Source of the DNA: a virus
Taxonomy: Duplodnaviria; Caudoviricetes
Length of the DNA: 41,229 nucleotides
Virus record (IMG/VR): IMGVR_UViG_3300044484_000015
Coordinates: 1-41,229 of that record
Reading direction: 5' to 3' (one strand)
Position 1 is the first letter of the stretch. Every line of letters starts with the position of its first letter. Below the pieces are notes generated by a model that worked only from the letters and a program-made list of their open reading frames with translations, ran no database searches and was not told the DNA's origin. This document shows positions 17,377-27,231 of the stretch, in pieces. A program made the position numbers and the translations under genes.

Positions 17377-17679
17377 TTAGAACCCTTTCACGCGGAGACG
17401 GGCGAAATCGCCGTCAGCCAGCTTCTTCTTGACGTACTCGGCAAAGGCCTGCGTGCCGACAGCCTCGCCACACTCGGCCGCCCACTGCTCGGCAACAACG
17501 AGCGGGATGCGGCCCGCCAGACGGAACTTGGCGTCGCCGTGCATCGACGGCGCGATGCTGGCCAGCTGCTGGTTGTCATCCAGCAGCGCCTGAACGTCTT
17601 GGTGGCGGTTGATGATCAGCTTGCCGTCTTCCTCGAACATGCGTTCGGTGACGTCATAGTGCTTGGTGAACTCGGTCAC
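17377..17679 (-). CDS. Putative head-associated protein
   Basis: Downstream of MCP; QDVQALLD.N..A.RIPLVV.EQW. Confidence 0.65.
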   Translation of the reverse strand: MTEFTKHYDVTERMFEEDGKLIINRHQDVQALLDDNQQLASIAPSMHGDAKFRLAGRIPLVVAEQWAAECGEAVGTQAFAEYVKKKLADGDFARLRVKGF

Positions 17680-17891
17680 TGCGCCGGCTCGTCGTCAGCG
17701 GCCGCGCGGCGGCGGCGCGGGGTCGGGATGACGGGATCGCCCCCGGCGGGCGCGACGTCGAGGGCCTCGGCAAAGCCGTTGGCGATCAGCGCCTCGGCCT
17801 CGTCGGCGGGCACATCGATCTCGGCCCCAAGGGGGTGTGGCAATCCGGCGGCCCAAGGCTCGCGGTCGGTGGTGATCTTGATCAGGGTCAT
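17676..17891 (-). CDS. Small putative virion protein
   Basis: GGAGG RBS; EAEALIANGFAE motif typical of small genes after MCP. Confidence 0.65.
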   Translation of the reverse strand: MTLIKITTDREPWAAGLPHPLGAEIDVPADEAEALIANGFAEALDVAPAGGDPVIPTPRRRRAAADDEPAQ

Positions 17892-17913
17892 GGTGTCCTC
17901 CAGCGGGGTGTGT

Positions 17914-17935
17914 GGGCGGCCCCGTAGGGCCGCCC
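17914..17935 (-). terminator. Stable hairpin after MCP (GGGCGGCCC-UACG-GGGCCGCCC)
   Basis: 9-bp perfect stem with a UNCG tetraloop; no U-tract. Confidence 0.6.
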
Positions 17936-17947
17936 CGGTGGCGCAGA

Positions 17948-18934
17948 TTACAGCGCGCCGTTGATGTCGGCAATGATGCCGTGGGCCTTCTCGGTGTCCA
18001 CCTGCAGGCCGTATTCGACCGAGATCATGCGACGCTCGGCGTGGCCGGTGCGAGCCAGCGGCTTCTGCTTCACGTTCTGCAGGAAGCCGATGCGGGCGTA
18101 GTTCGGGTCCAGAACGAACACGTCGCGGGCGGCCACGGTGCGGGTTTCAAGGAAGCGCGACGGGACGATCTGCAGCGTGCCGAAGTCAGACACGTAGACG
18201 TCAATCGCGGCGTTCAGCTTCTTGCTGTCCGTCATGTCCTGATACTTGGTGGCCGAGCCGGTGAAGGTCGAAGAAATCTTCTGCTTCACGGCCGAGCCGC
18301 ACAGGACGATGGACGGCTCCGCGCCGTTGTTCCAGCACGACGCGATGACGTCCTTCAGCATCTGCTCGGTCAGCGCCCGCACGGTGCCGTCAGTGGCGGC
18401 CGCGTTCGGGAAGCCGGCCGTGGTGCCCGACAGCGTGCCGTTGGCACCGCTGACGCCGCGCGAGGTGTTGGTCCGCAGGAAGGCCGGCAGGCCAGCGGTA
18501 ACGCGGGCGGTCGTGGTGTTGCCGGCGACGGCAGCCACGTTGGACACCAGCATGACTTCCATGTCGCGCTTTAGCTCGCGCAGCTTGAACGCTACCTGTT
18601 TTGCGATGGTCTGGACGTCCGCTGCGCCGTTGACGGCTTCGTTGGTGTCCGACACTTCGACCACTTTGTCCGAAATCTGGGTGTAGTTTGCCAGACGGAC
18701 GGCGTTGGTCGGCGCGTCGTTGCCGGGGGCAGCTTCACCTTCCAGAACGCGGTTGGTGGCCGGCGCGGCCAGATCGACGGTCGGCCACTCGAAGTAGGTG
18801 TTCGACACCGACTTGCGCCCGATGGCCGCTTGGAACGGCGTCTCGGTGCTGGAGATCGAGATGTAGGCGTCCTGCAGGTCTTCGCGGATCGTGGTGACGT
18901 CGTAGCGGGTGTTGGTGTTGGCGTTCACGGCCAT
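17948..18934 (-). CDS. Major capsid protein (DUF5309/SU10-like)
   Basis: REDL.D.ISISSTETPF, NYTQI..K, ELKRDME, YVSDFG, EYGL; follows the scaffold gene. Confidence 0.9.
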   Translation of the reverse strand: MAVNANTNTRYDVTTIREDLQDAYISISSTETPFQAAIGRKSVSNTYFEWPTVDLAAPATNRVLEGEAAPGNDAPTNAVRLANYTQISDKVVEVSDTNEAVNGAADVQTIAKQVAFKLRELKRDMEVMLVSNVAAVAGNTTTARVTAGLPAFLRTNTSRGVSGANGTLSGTTAGFPNAAATDGTVRALTEQMLKDVIASCWNNGAEPSIVLCGSAVKQKISSTFTGSATKYQDMTDSKKLNAAIDVYVSDFGTLQIVPSRFLETRTVAARDVFVLDPNYARIGFLQNVKQKPLARTGHAERRMISVEYGLQVDTEKAHGIIADINGAL

Positions 18935-18961
18935 GATAAGTCCCCTTTCAGAGGGTTGGGA

Positions 18962-19942
18962 TTACATCAGGAGGAACCGGGCGACGTCATCGACCGATCC
19001 CGTGCGCTTCATCTGAGCCTTCGCCTTTTCCGCCTGCTTGGCTTTCCCCTGCTGCGGCTGCGGCTTCACTCCCGGCTTGATCGTCGGGGTCTGCTGCCGC
19101 TGCGCCGGCGCTGGTGCCACCGCCTTGCCTGCCATCAGCCGCCGGTATTGGGCAGCGTCGTGCAGGACGCGGAGCGCGCGGTAGTCGGTGACCCCGCGCA
19201 GTTCCTCTTGGGTGTAGCCATACGCCTCAGTCCCAGCCGCAAGCAAATCCTGCTTCATCCGCGCGGCCGTTTCGGGCTTTGCGAAGGCAGGGATGGCCTG
19301 CGCCAGCAGCTGGTGCTGTTCGGCGAGGTAGGCCAAGCGGGTCCGTTCGTCCGCCTGTTCCTGCCGCGCGTTCAGTTCCTGCAGCGCTGCTTGGGTCTGC
19401 TGGTATGCCGCGAGGTCGTTGTCGTACTGGACGCGGGCCTCAAGGTAGCCAATGGGGTCGGATTTCAGCATCGCTTGGTCTGGTGCCTTGGGCGGCTGCA
19501 TGGGCAATTGGCCCGTCTGCGCTGCCTGCACAAATTGCGCGATCTGCTGGCGTTCGCTCTGGAGGGCAGAATAGACCTGCTCGACCTCTTGCCGGGCCGA
19601 GGCGACCTGTTTCATGCCCTGTTGGATGTAGGCCTGTCCCGAGTAGCCCCGGAGTAGTTCCGAGAGGGGCACCTGCTGGTCGCGGCCATCCACCTTGACG
19701 GTGAACAGCTGCTCGGCTGGCTCCTCTTCATCAACGTCCGCTTCGCTCTCGTCTTCGCCTTCGTCCGCATCGGCGTCGGCCTGTTCAGCCTCCGCCTCGT
19801 CCGCGTCGGACTGGTTTTCTGCGTCGGCCTCAGCCTGCACCAGTTCCTCGTCGGTGTTTTCATCTTCTTGGGTCGGCCCCTCAATCAAGCTGGCCGCCAC
19901 GGCGTCGATGTCGTTTCCGTTCAATGCAGTCGTGTCAGACAC
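18962..19942 (-). CDS. Capsid scaffolding protein
   Basis: Acidic N-terminus, FTVKVDG..V.LSEL..GY, coiled coil, C-terminal TGSVDDVA; lies between portal and MCP. Confidence 0.85.
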   Translation of the reverse strand: MSDTTALNGNDIDAVAASLIEGPTQEDENTDEELVQAEADAENQSDADEAEAEQADADADEGEDESEADVDEEEPAEQLFTVKVDGRDQQVPLSELLRGYSGQAYIQQGMKQVASARQEVEQVYSALQSERQQIAQFVQAAQTGQLPMQPPKAPDQAMLKSDPIGYLEARVQYDNDLAAYQQTQAALQELNARQEQADERTRLAYLAEQHQLLAQAIPAFAKPETAARMKQDLLAAGTEAYGYTQEELRGVTDYRALRVLHDAAQYRRLMAGKAVAPAPAQRQQTPTIKPGVKPQPQQGKAKQAEKAKAQMKRTGSVDDVARFLLM

Positions 19943-20186
19943 GGTGCTGCCCCTTTTCATTCCGCCGCTCAAGTAGCTTCCCGTCCACGATGTACGAGGT
20001 CAGCTGGTCCTTAAGAAGGCGCAGCGCTCGGACCATCCGATGCGCTTCCATGAGTTGTTCAGCACTGCACACTTGTTCGGTGAACAGGCTGATCTGTTCA
20101 TTTTCTACCACATCGAAGGCCTCTTTGAACAGAGGGTCTTCCAGAAGAGCCTTTGCCCGCTGGGCGCGCAGCGCGGTGTCCATCAC
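19935..20186 (-). CDS. Small protein between portal and scaffold
   Basis: RAKALLEDPLFKEAF; coupled on both sides. Confidence 0.75.
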   Translation of the reverse strand: MMDTALRAQRAKALLEDPLFKEAFDVVENEQISLFTEQVCSAEQLMEAHRMVRALRLLKDQLTSYIVDGKLLERRNEKGQHRV

Positions 20187-22474
20187 ATGCCGCCCCCGCT
20201 AGGCCCGGCCGCCGGCGGCTGCGCGGCGATCTGCATGGCCTGCCCGTTCATCTGCTGCTCGGCCTTGATCTTGGCCGTATCGACGGCGACGCCGTACTTG
20301 GCCGCGATCTGGGCCATGGCGATCTCCATGTCCTGCAGCATGCGGTCGCGCTCGCGGTCGTCCTGCATCTGGGCCTTCTGCCACTCCAGCATCATGCGCT
20401 GGCTGTCGCTCTGCAGCTTGGCTTGCGCCTTGATCTGCTCGGCCGCCACCATGGCTTGCGCCGGATCGCCCTGCTGAGGCTGTCCGCCGGGCGCGCCCTG
20501 CTCGGCTCCCGGCTGCGCCGGCTGCTGGGGCAGGAAGTACCGATCCACGTTCTGGATGCCGTTCAGCGCCAGCAGATCGCCCAGCGTGTTCCGCAGCTGC
20601 GGCAGGCCCGCCAGCGGGTTAGCGGGGCCGAAGTTCTGGATCGCCTGCAGCTGCAGCTGCAGGGTCTGGCCGAGGATCGCCGACTTCTGTTCCTCGCGGC
20701 CGGTGCCGAGGCCGACGTTGATGGTCGCGTCCAGTTCGGTGTCCCAGACACGCGGGTCCATGGGGACGTATGTGCCGTTGATCCGCATCATCTCGGCCCG
20801 CGTGCTGTGGCGCGACATGATCTTCAGGATTTGGCAGAACAGGCGGCGCATGCCGGTGTAGGCGAGGTTGGCCACCATCACCTCGATCTGGCCCGCCGCC
20901 GCGCTCACAGTGGCCGTCACGGCCGCGCGGGTGGTGGATTGCATGGCGTCGGGATCGAGGCCCATGCTGGCGCGTGTGACGCCGGTCTTGGTCTCGACCA
21001 TCTGATCCACGTACTGCAGCGCCGGCAGGGTCTGCCCCGCGACGAACGGCACCGACAGATCGCGCAGCATGCCGGGCTGGCTGACCCGCACGATGCCGCC
21101 GATCTCGTTGTTCAGCAGGTCGTCGATCTCGACTTGACCCTTGACCGCCTCGATGCGGGGGTTGTTGGTCATCTGCACGTTGTCGAGGATGCCGCGCAGG
21201 ATCGCGGTCGCCGCGTCCTGATCCTCGATGATGATCTCAACGAGGCTGCGACCAAAGAAGGTATCCGGCTCGGGGTCGATGTGCCAGCTGGCGAACGGGT
21301 GGTCATCCACCGGCTCGTATGACAGCAGGCGGTTGTTTGACCCGCCCAGCAGGATTTTGTGCAGGATCGGCGTGCCGGTGCCGTCGGCATCGATCCGCAT
21401 GTAGGCCTCGGTGATGGTCACCAGCTTCATGGACGGGTCGTCGGCGCTCTCGTCCTGCTCGCGGTCGGGCACGTAGCGCCGGCGCTCTTCCTCTTCCTGA
21501 TCCCGCATGTCGGGCGCGCCGCCGACATCCAGTTCCATAACCTCATCCTCATCGATGCCCATGGCGATGACGTCCGCCGCGCGCATCTCGGTGCGGTGGC
21601 CGATGACATAGAAGTCCTCGTCCGACTTAGCGCTGCGGCTGATGAAGAACTCCTCGGGCGCGACCGTGGTGATGCACAGCTTGCCAGACGGGTTGCGGCG
21701 CATGATGCGGATGTCGTGCAACTGCGGCAGCACCTCGGGCATCTGCGGGATTTGCGACGGGTCCACCATCTGGCCGGCGGCGGCGGCCTGCTGGGCCGCC
21801 TGCTGGGCCATCTGGACCTGCTGCTGCATCATGGCGATGGTTTCCTCATCCGGGCGCGCCGTCTCGCGGATCAGTTCGACGCCCTCGGATGACATCACGG
21901 CCTGATACTGCTGGTCATCCAGATCGGTGTAATCGTAGACGGTCGGCTTTTCGTACTCTTCCCAGTACGTCTTGGTGATGCCCACGATGTTGACCAGCGC
22001 GGTGTGCGTGACATCGCGCAGGATTTTGTAGCCGTTGTTCTGGCGGAACTTGGCCGTGGCGTAGGTGCCCGCCTGCTCCATCGAGGCCACGTCCTCGGGG
22101 CCACTGGGGATGAACTCCACCGGGCGATCCGACGTCATGAAGACGCGCTGGATTGACGGCTTGACGGCCCGGATGGTGTCGCGGCACTTCGTGGCGACCA
22201 CGACGCTGCGGCCCTCTTCCTCGCCGATGTCCACCTCGCCGTTGACGTACCGCTGCGCCTTGATCCGGCGCGGAGCGATCTCGTCATCGATGAAGGCGAT
22301 GGCCTCATCGACGGCCTGCCCCACGATGGCCTCGATGTCGTCGTCATCCATCGGCTTGTACAGCGCGGTCTCTTCCTCGCTGTTATCCTCGGCGCTGCCC
22401 TCTTCCATGACCATGGTCATCTCTTCGTCGGTCGCCAGTTCGACGTCGGGGCCGTACTTTTCGCGCTTTGCCAT
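20183..22474 (-). CDS. Portal protein (P22-like, long C-terminal helical barrel)
   Basis: 763 aa; FFGRSL..I..DQ..T.ILRG.LDN, TGVTR..GLD, Gln-rich C-terminal helix. Confidence 0.9.
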   Translation of the reverse strand: MAKREKYGPDVELATDEEMTMVMEEGSAEDNSEEETALYKPMDDDDIEAIVGQAVDEAIAFIDDEIAPRRIKAQRYVNGEVDIGEEEGRSVVVATKCRDTIRAVKPSIQRVFMTSDRPVEFIPSGPEDVASMEQAGTYATAKFRQNNGYKILRDVTHTALVNIVGITKTYWEEYEKPTVYDYTDLDDQQYQAVMSSEGVELIRETARPDEETIAMMQQQVQMAQQAAQQAAAAGQMVDPSQIPQMPEVLPQLHDIRIMRRNPSGKLCITTVAPEEFFISRSAKSDEDFYVIGHRTEMRAADVIAMGIDEDEVMELDVGGAPDMRDQEEEERRRYVPDREQDESADDPSMKLVTITEAYMRIDADGTGTPILHKILLGGSNNRLLSYEPVDDHPFASWHIDPEPDTFFGRSLVEIIIEDQDAATAILRGILDNVQMTNNPRIEAVKGQVEIDDLLNNEIGGIVRVSQPGMLRDLSVPFVAGQTLPALQYVDQMVETKTGVTRASMGLDPDAMQSTTRAAVTATVSAAAGQIEVMVANLAYTGMRRLFCQILKIMSRHSTRAEMMRINGTYVPMDPRVWDTELDATINVGLGTGREEQKSAILGQTLQLQLQAIQNFGPANPLAGLPQLRNTLGDLLALNGIQNVDRYFLPQQPAQPGAEQGAPGGQPQQGDPAQAMVAAEQIKAQAKLQSDSQRMMLEWQKAQMQDDRERDRMLQDMEIAMAQIAAKYGVAVDTAKIKAEQQMNGQAMQIAAQPPAAGPSGGGM

Positions 22475-22486
22475 GTCTCGTCCCCG

Positions 22487-24088
22487 TTATCTTTGGTTCT
22501 GCTCGTTGCCCGGCTGCGCCATTTTCTGTGCCCCCGCGCTGGTCAGGTAGGCTGTCAGGGCCGCCCGCATGCGCTCCTTACCTTGGTCCGACAGCGGTCG
22601 GCCAGCGATAACCTTCTGGATCAAATCCTCAACGGCGCGCGTTTGCAAGGCCCCCGCCGCCACGTTTGCCCCGAGCGCGGTTGCACCGAAGGCCCCAGCT
22701 CCCGCCGCCGCGATGTACGGATCGCGCGTGGCCGCCATAAGCCCCGCGCCGATGGTCCCGACCCCCGTGCCCATAGACACCGGCCCGCGCGGCGCAAACT
22801 TACCCACAAACCGCAGGGCGTTGTCGATGGTGCCGCCGGCCGCGATCTGGTTGATGGCGGTGACTTCCTCAGGCGACCAGCCGGGTTCCTGCCCGCGAAT
22901 GATCTTACGGGACAGTTCGCGGAACTGACCGCGCACCGCGTTTTCCATGCCGCTTTGGCTGAACTGGCCCGCGTTCACCTTGGCGATCTCCAGCAGGTCC
23001 GTCAGCGTCTCGCCCTTCATGGCCCGCTGATACATCGCGTTTGCGACCTTGATCTGGGGCGCAAGCTGGCTCGTCTCATCGTCGAACTCGGACAGGATAC
23101 GCCGCAACACGACACCCTCGCTGGTGCCTGCGGCGTCTCGGGCGCGGGATGCGATCCCTTGCCGCGTCGCCAGCACCTGCGCCGGGTCGATCAGGTTCGA
23201 CTTAGTGTACAAGTCGAGGATGTTCAGGACGCCCTGCACTTTAGTGTAGTCGGGGTCCAGCTGCCCGTTCGGCAACAGGATGCCTTGGTCCTTGGCGATG
23301 TCTCGCGCGCGCGCCGCAACCGTGCTGAAGCTGGTCGATGGGAACGCCAAGTTGGCCTGCCGAACGTCATCGTACAGGTCACTGGCCGCGCTTTTCAGCG
23401 CGTCGGGCGTCAGCGGCCCCTTGGGCAGTTTTGTGGTCAGACGCTCGACCGTGTTGCCGGCCAGCGAGCCGCCAAGCGACCCCACGATCTGGGCGACAGT
23501 TTCGGCCGTGGCGTTGTCAGGAAAAGCCAGAGACGCGACGCCCGCCGCCGCGCCGCCGCCCGCTGCGGCTGCCGTTTCGGCGGCCGCAAATTTGCCGGGG
23601 CCGGCACGGTACGCGGCCCCGACGTCGGCCGCCATGTTTCGACCGGCGTTCAGGATCGACGGCGCGGCCGTCGCCATCTGCGTCGGCGCGGCGGCCGCCA
23701 TACCGACGGCCATAGGTACTGCTGCGCCCATCTCTTCCGTCGTGCGACGCAAGATTTTCTGGGCGTCGGTTTGCGGGGGCACGTCGCTGATCGCGTTGCC
23801 GCCCGAGATCAGCTGAAACAAGCTTTGCAGGCTCTGCGATCCGCCCACCGGGTTTTCACTGCCGAGGCCGACCTTGGACAGGCCGGCATTCAGGATGTCC
23901 ACCGGCGCGCCAAACCCGCGCGCCATACCGACGTTGGCTCCCGTGACGCCCTGCGTCATGAGGTCCGTCGTGGGGATGGGCGCGATCTCGTTGGCTTTGG
24001 CCAACAGCGTCTGGGCGGCCGCCAGATCACCGGCCGCGATGGCGTTATCTACGCCCTGCAGCAGTTGCTCTCTAGTGAAGTCGGCCAT
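22487..24088 (-). CDS. Internal virion/DNA ejection protein
   Basis: Ala/Gly-rich helical protein; GGAGGG RBS before MADFTREQ; last of the ejection cluster. Confidence 0.7.
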   Translation of the reverse strand: MADFTREQLLQGVDNAIAAGDLAAAQTLLAKANEIAPIPTTDLMTQGVTGANVGMARGFGAPVDILNAGLSKVGLGSENPVGGSQSLQSLFQLISGGNAISDVPPQTDAQKILRRTTEEMGAAVPMAVGMAAAAPTQMATAAPSILNAGRNMAADVGAAYRAGPGKFAAAETAAAAGGGAAAGVASLAFPDNATAETVAQIVGSLGGSLAGNTVERLTTKLPKGPLTPDALKSAASDLYDDVRQANLAFPSTSFSTVAARARDIAKDQGILLPNGQLDPDYTKVQGVLNILDLYTKSNLIDPAQVLATRQGIASRARDAAGTSEGVVLRRILSEFDDETSQLAPQIKVANAMYQRAMKGETLTDLLEIAKVNAGQFSQSGMENAVRGQFRELSRKIIRGQEPGWSPEEVTAINQIAAGGTIDNALRFVGKFAPRGPVSMGTGVGTIGAGLMAATRDPYIAAAGAGAFGATALGANVAAGALQTRAVEDLIQKVIAGRPLSDQGKERMRAALTAYLTSAGAQKMAQPGNEQNQR

Positions 24089-24092
24089 GGTC

Positions 24093-25493
24093 TTACCCTC
24101 CCGGAATGTACGAATAGGGGTCGGCTGAACCGCCCCCGCCGGCGTTCCCGAAGAGCGGGTTCTGCTCGGCGTACCGCCGCATGACCATCGGCCAGTTGGC
24201 GTCCAGACGCCCCTTTTCGGCGATGTACTGATCGGCAAGCTGGGCCAGTTCGATCTTGCGCTGCGCGATCTTCTTCTGCGCGGACAGGATCATCTTGTTG
24301 CCCTGCACCGAGTTGTCGAGGTTGGCTGTCATGCTCATGATGAAGTCGCGGTCGGCGTTCGAGAACCCCGCGCCCAGCGAGCCGCCCAGCGACGCCATGA
24401 CCGCTTGCGTGGACGCCGCGCGGAAGGCTTCGATGCTGCCGACGTCGGCGGGGTTCCCGCCCAGCGCCTCGACCAGCTTCTGCATCGAGACAACGGCATC
24501 CGTGCCGGTCCCGCTGCGGAAGTTCGGGTCGTTCATCAGCGTCTCCATCCGGCTCAGGTTTGCGATCTGGTCGCCGGCCGCCGCAGCGGCGTCCTGAAGC
24601 CCGGTGTACGTCTTGACGGCCCACTCACCCATGCCCTTGTCATAGGCTTTCTCCTGCTCGGGCAGCGCCGTCGTGACGGTGGTGCCGCCCGCGCCGGCGC
24701 GCGCCATCTCAGCCGCCTGATCCGGCGTTTTACCCTGCGAGAGCCAGTATTCGTAGTTCTGGATCATCGCCGTGCGATTGTCCTCGGGCGGTGTCATGGC
24801 GAGAGCCGTCGCCGATTTTGCGTCGAGACCCCCCGCCAGCATCGCGGCCGCCAAGTCCTCGCGCCCCTGCGAGGCGAGCCACTGCGCGGTGCGGTTTACG
24901 CTGCGCTCCGCGCCCCGCTGCTCCTGCCGCGCTTGCACGATCTGGGCCAGCCCCTGATCCGGGTTCATACGCATGCTGTTGAACGCCAGTGCGAGGTTGT
25001 CCATCAGGCTGCCGCTGCGGAAGCCCTCGCGCAGTTTCTCGCCGAACGTCTGCGGCTCTTGTTGAAAGTCCAACAGGCCCATGCCCTGCCCTCCACTTGA
25101 TCTCGTACCGCCGCCACCGCCGCCACCGCCCCAAGCTTCCCACGCGCCGGGGCCTTGGTTTTGGTAAATCCACATCCCGATCTTGTCTTGCAGTTCGGGG
25201 GTCATTCGCTCGTTGCCCGTCAGCCCCAGACCCTGCGCGGCGGCGCGCAGCGTATCCCCGACGACCTGATAGGCCCCCATGGGCGTCGCGGTGCGGCCGA
25301 CCCGACCGCGCACCATGCCCGCGTAGGGGCCGCTGGGGTCGGAAAACTGCAGCGCCTGATTGACCGTCATATCCGTCAGGCGGACGTTGGAGAACTGGCC
25401 GCCCGGTCGGTTGGCGTACCCGAACAGTGCGTTGTAGTCCCCGCCGCTTTCGCCGGGGAACACGTTTGCCTTCAGGGTTGCCAGATCGACCAT
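24093..25493 (-). CDS. Ejection protein with N-terminal lysozyme/transglycosylase domain
   Basis: GESGGDYN, GAYQ...TL, PELQD motifs; poly-Gly linker; helical body. Confidence 0.75.
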   Translation of the reverse strand: MVDLATLKANVFPGESGGDYNALFGYANRPGGQFSNVRLTDMTVNQALQFSDPSGPYAGMVRGRVGRTATPMGAYQVVGDTLRAAAQGLGLTGNERMTPELQDKIGMWIYQNQGPGAWEAWGGGGGGGGTRSSGGQGMGLLDFQQEPQTFGEKLREGFRSGSLMDNLALAFNSMRMNPDQGLAQIVQARQEQRGAERSVNRTAQWLASQGREDLAAAMLAGGLDAKSATALAMTPPEDNRTAMIQNYEYWLSQGKTPDQAAEMARAGAGGTTVTTALPEQEKAYDKGMGEWAVKTYTGLQDAAAAAGDQIANLSRMETLMNDPNFRSGTGTDAVVSMQKLVEALGGNPADVGSIEAFRAASTQAVMASLGGSLGAGFSNADRDFIMSMTANLDNSVQGNKMILSAQKKIAQRKIELAQLADQYIAEKGRLDANWPMVMRRYAEQNPLFGNAGGGGSADPYSYIPGG

Positions 25494-25496
25494 GCC

Positions 25497-26147
25497 TTAC
25501 AGTCCGCCCAGTGCCGTCGCGCCCATCGTCAGGTAATCGAAGAGGCCCGGCTTCTTCGTTGTCGTCTGCGACTGCTGCCCCATATTGGCCGCGCCCAGCG
25601 CCGCCATCGGGTACTGCAGCGCTTGCCCCGGCGCGCCGGTGAAGCCCCCGTACTGGGCCTTCGCGGCGTCGATCAGCTGCTGCATCATCGCCTGCTGCTG
25701 CTGGCCCTGCTGCATCTGCTGCTGGTTCAGTGCCTGACCAAAGCCGAAGCCTTGGCCGGCCAGCTGGGACATCATGCTTTGCTGGCCCTGCGCCGCGCCC
25801 AGCGCGGTGCCAAAGCCCAGCTGGCGCTGCTGGGCGGCCATGTCGCCAAAGGCGCGGCCGTAGTCACCCAGCATCGTGCCCTCGGCCACGCCGTGACGCG
25901 ATCCGCCAAAGGCCCGCGCCTGCGTCGCCTGCGCGCCCAGCGTGCCGCGATCCATCGCCGCGCGCCGCGCCATATCCATACCCGTCCGCCCGATTACCTC
26001 GGAAGTATAGGGGTTCATGAACTGGCCGATGTTCGGCCCCTGCAGCGCAGTGTTGTAGGCTCCGGCCGCTTGGCCAAAGACATTCTGCGGCTGGCCTTGC
26101 GGGGCGGCCATGGGCTGTACATTCTGCGGGTTGCTCGAGCCTGCCAT
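25497..26147 (-). CDS. Gln/Gly-rich ejection (pilot) protein
   Basis: FMNPY, AFGGSR motifs, low complexity. Confidence 0.7.
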   Translation of the reverse strand: MAGSSNPQNVQPMAAPQGQPQNVFGQAAGAYNTALQGPNIGQFMNPYTSEVIGRTGMDMARRAAMDRGTLGAQATQARAFGGSRHGVAEGTMLGDYGRAFGDMAAQQRQLGFGTALGAAQGQQSMMSQLAGQGFGFGQALNQQQMQQGQQQQAMMQQLIDAAKAQYGGFTGAPGQALQYPMAALGAANMGQQSQTTTKKPGLFDYLTMGATALGGL

Positions 26148-26150
26148 GTG

Positions 26151-26867
26151 TTATCTCCGACCTGCGTTGCCACCCAGCGGCGCGCGTGCCTTCGTGGCTC
26201 CGCCTGATCTGGTGGTAGTGGTGGTGGTGCGTTTGATTGTCTCAGGCACCGGCTTGGGGGCAAGCGAGCGTGTCACCCGGTTGATGATGTTGCCGGCGAA
26301 CCCCGGCAGGTTGGTGCCCGCGAACCCGCCACTCATCGGGTCGGGCAGGCCGAGCGAACCCGTGCCGCTGCCGCGTGGCGCGGTGCGTACCATACCGTTG
26401 CCTCCTCCGCCGCCTCCGCCGCCGCTATATGCTGCGCCGGCGCTCGGGGCCGCTGGTGCCATTGCGGGAGCCGGCGCGCCGTAGACGCCGCTCGGCATCG
26501 CGCCCGTGATCGGATCGATGAAGGGTGCCCGCAGCGCGGCGTATTGTCCCGGCGCGCGGCGCTGCAGTTCCGCCAGCGCCTGATCGTAGAGGCCGCCCGC
26601 GCTGTAGCCCTGCACGCCGCCCGCGAAGGTCTGCGCCGGTGGCATGCCGCTGCCGGCTGCGGCAGGCATCCCGAAGGCCGAGGCCGCCATGTTGGTGCCC
26701 GACATCGCTGCCTCTTGCATCGGCGTCAGGGCCGCCACGTCGGGGCCGTAGTACGGCGTGTAGCCGATGGTTGACGTCTGATCCGCGCGGGCGAGGTTGC
26801 GCTGTGCGGCCTCCTGAAGCCAAGCGGGGATCGTGACACTTGTGGTCTGGCTGCCGCCCTTGCCCAT
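26151..26867 (-). CDS. Ejection/internal virion protein
   Basis: MGKGGSQTT..IPAW N-terminus typical of podophage internal proteins. Confidence 0.7.
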   Translation of the reverse strand: MGKGGSQTTSVTIPAWLQEAAQRNLARADQTSTIGYTPYYGPDVAALTPMQEAAMSGTNMAASAFGMPAAAGSGMPPAQTFAGGVQGYSAGGLYDQALAELQRRAPGQYAALRAPFIDPITGAMPSGVYGAPAPAMAPAAPSAGAAYSGGGGGGGGNGMVRTAPRGSGTGSLGLPDPMSGGFAGTNLPGFAGNIINRVTRSLAPKPVPETIKRTTTTTTRSGGATKARAPLGGNAGRR

Positions 26868-26868
26868 G

Positions 26869-27231
26869 TCAGATTTCCTTTTCCATCGTGATCATCGTCG
26901 GCTCCCAGCCCCTTGCGCCCAAGACGCGCTTCCAGCCTGTCCGGCCGCTCATGGTCATCGCGGTGCAGCCCTGCGCGCTACCCCAAGCTGCCACCGCGTC
27001 TATGCCGTCCAACACTTGGTCCATATCCCCGGCCGCCAAGAACACGTTCAGCACCTTCTTCTGTGGGTATACCACGATTTCGGTGACTGCACACCCCCGC
27101 TGCGTGGGCCAGAGTTGCATGCGGCCGGCGCGGATGTTGTCCGCGACATCCTCAAAGGTGTGCGTGCCGCCGGCGTAGCGCAGCGCCGCCTCGATCCAGA
27201 CCCTGATCTGATCCGGGTTTGGTAGCGTCAT
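26869..27231 (-). CDS. GNAT-like virion assembly protein (T7 gp13/P22 gp14 position)
   Basis: VTEIV.YP, FLAAG, GC..M..SGR.GW.RVL; directly precedes the ejection genes. Confidence 0.7.
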   Translation of the reverse strand: MTLPNPDQIRVWIEAALRYAGGTHTFEDVADNIRAGRMQLWPTQRGCAVTEIVVYPQKKVLNVFLAAGDMDQVLDGIDAVAAWGSAQGCTAMTMSGRTGWKRVLGARGWEPTMITMEKEI

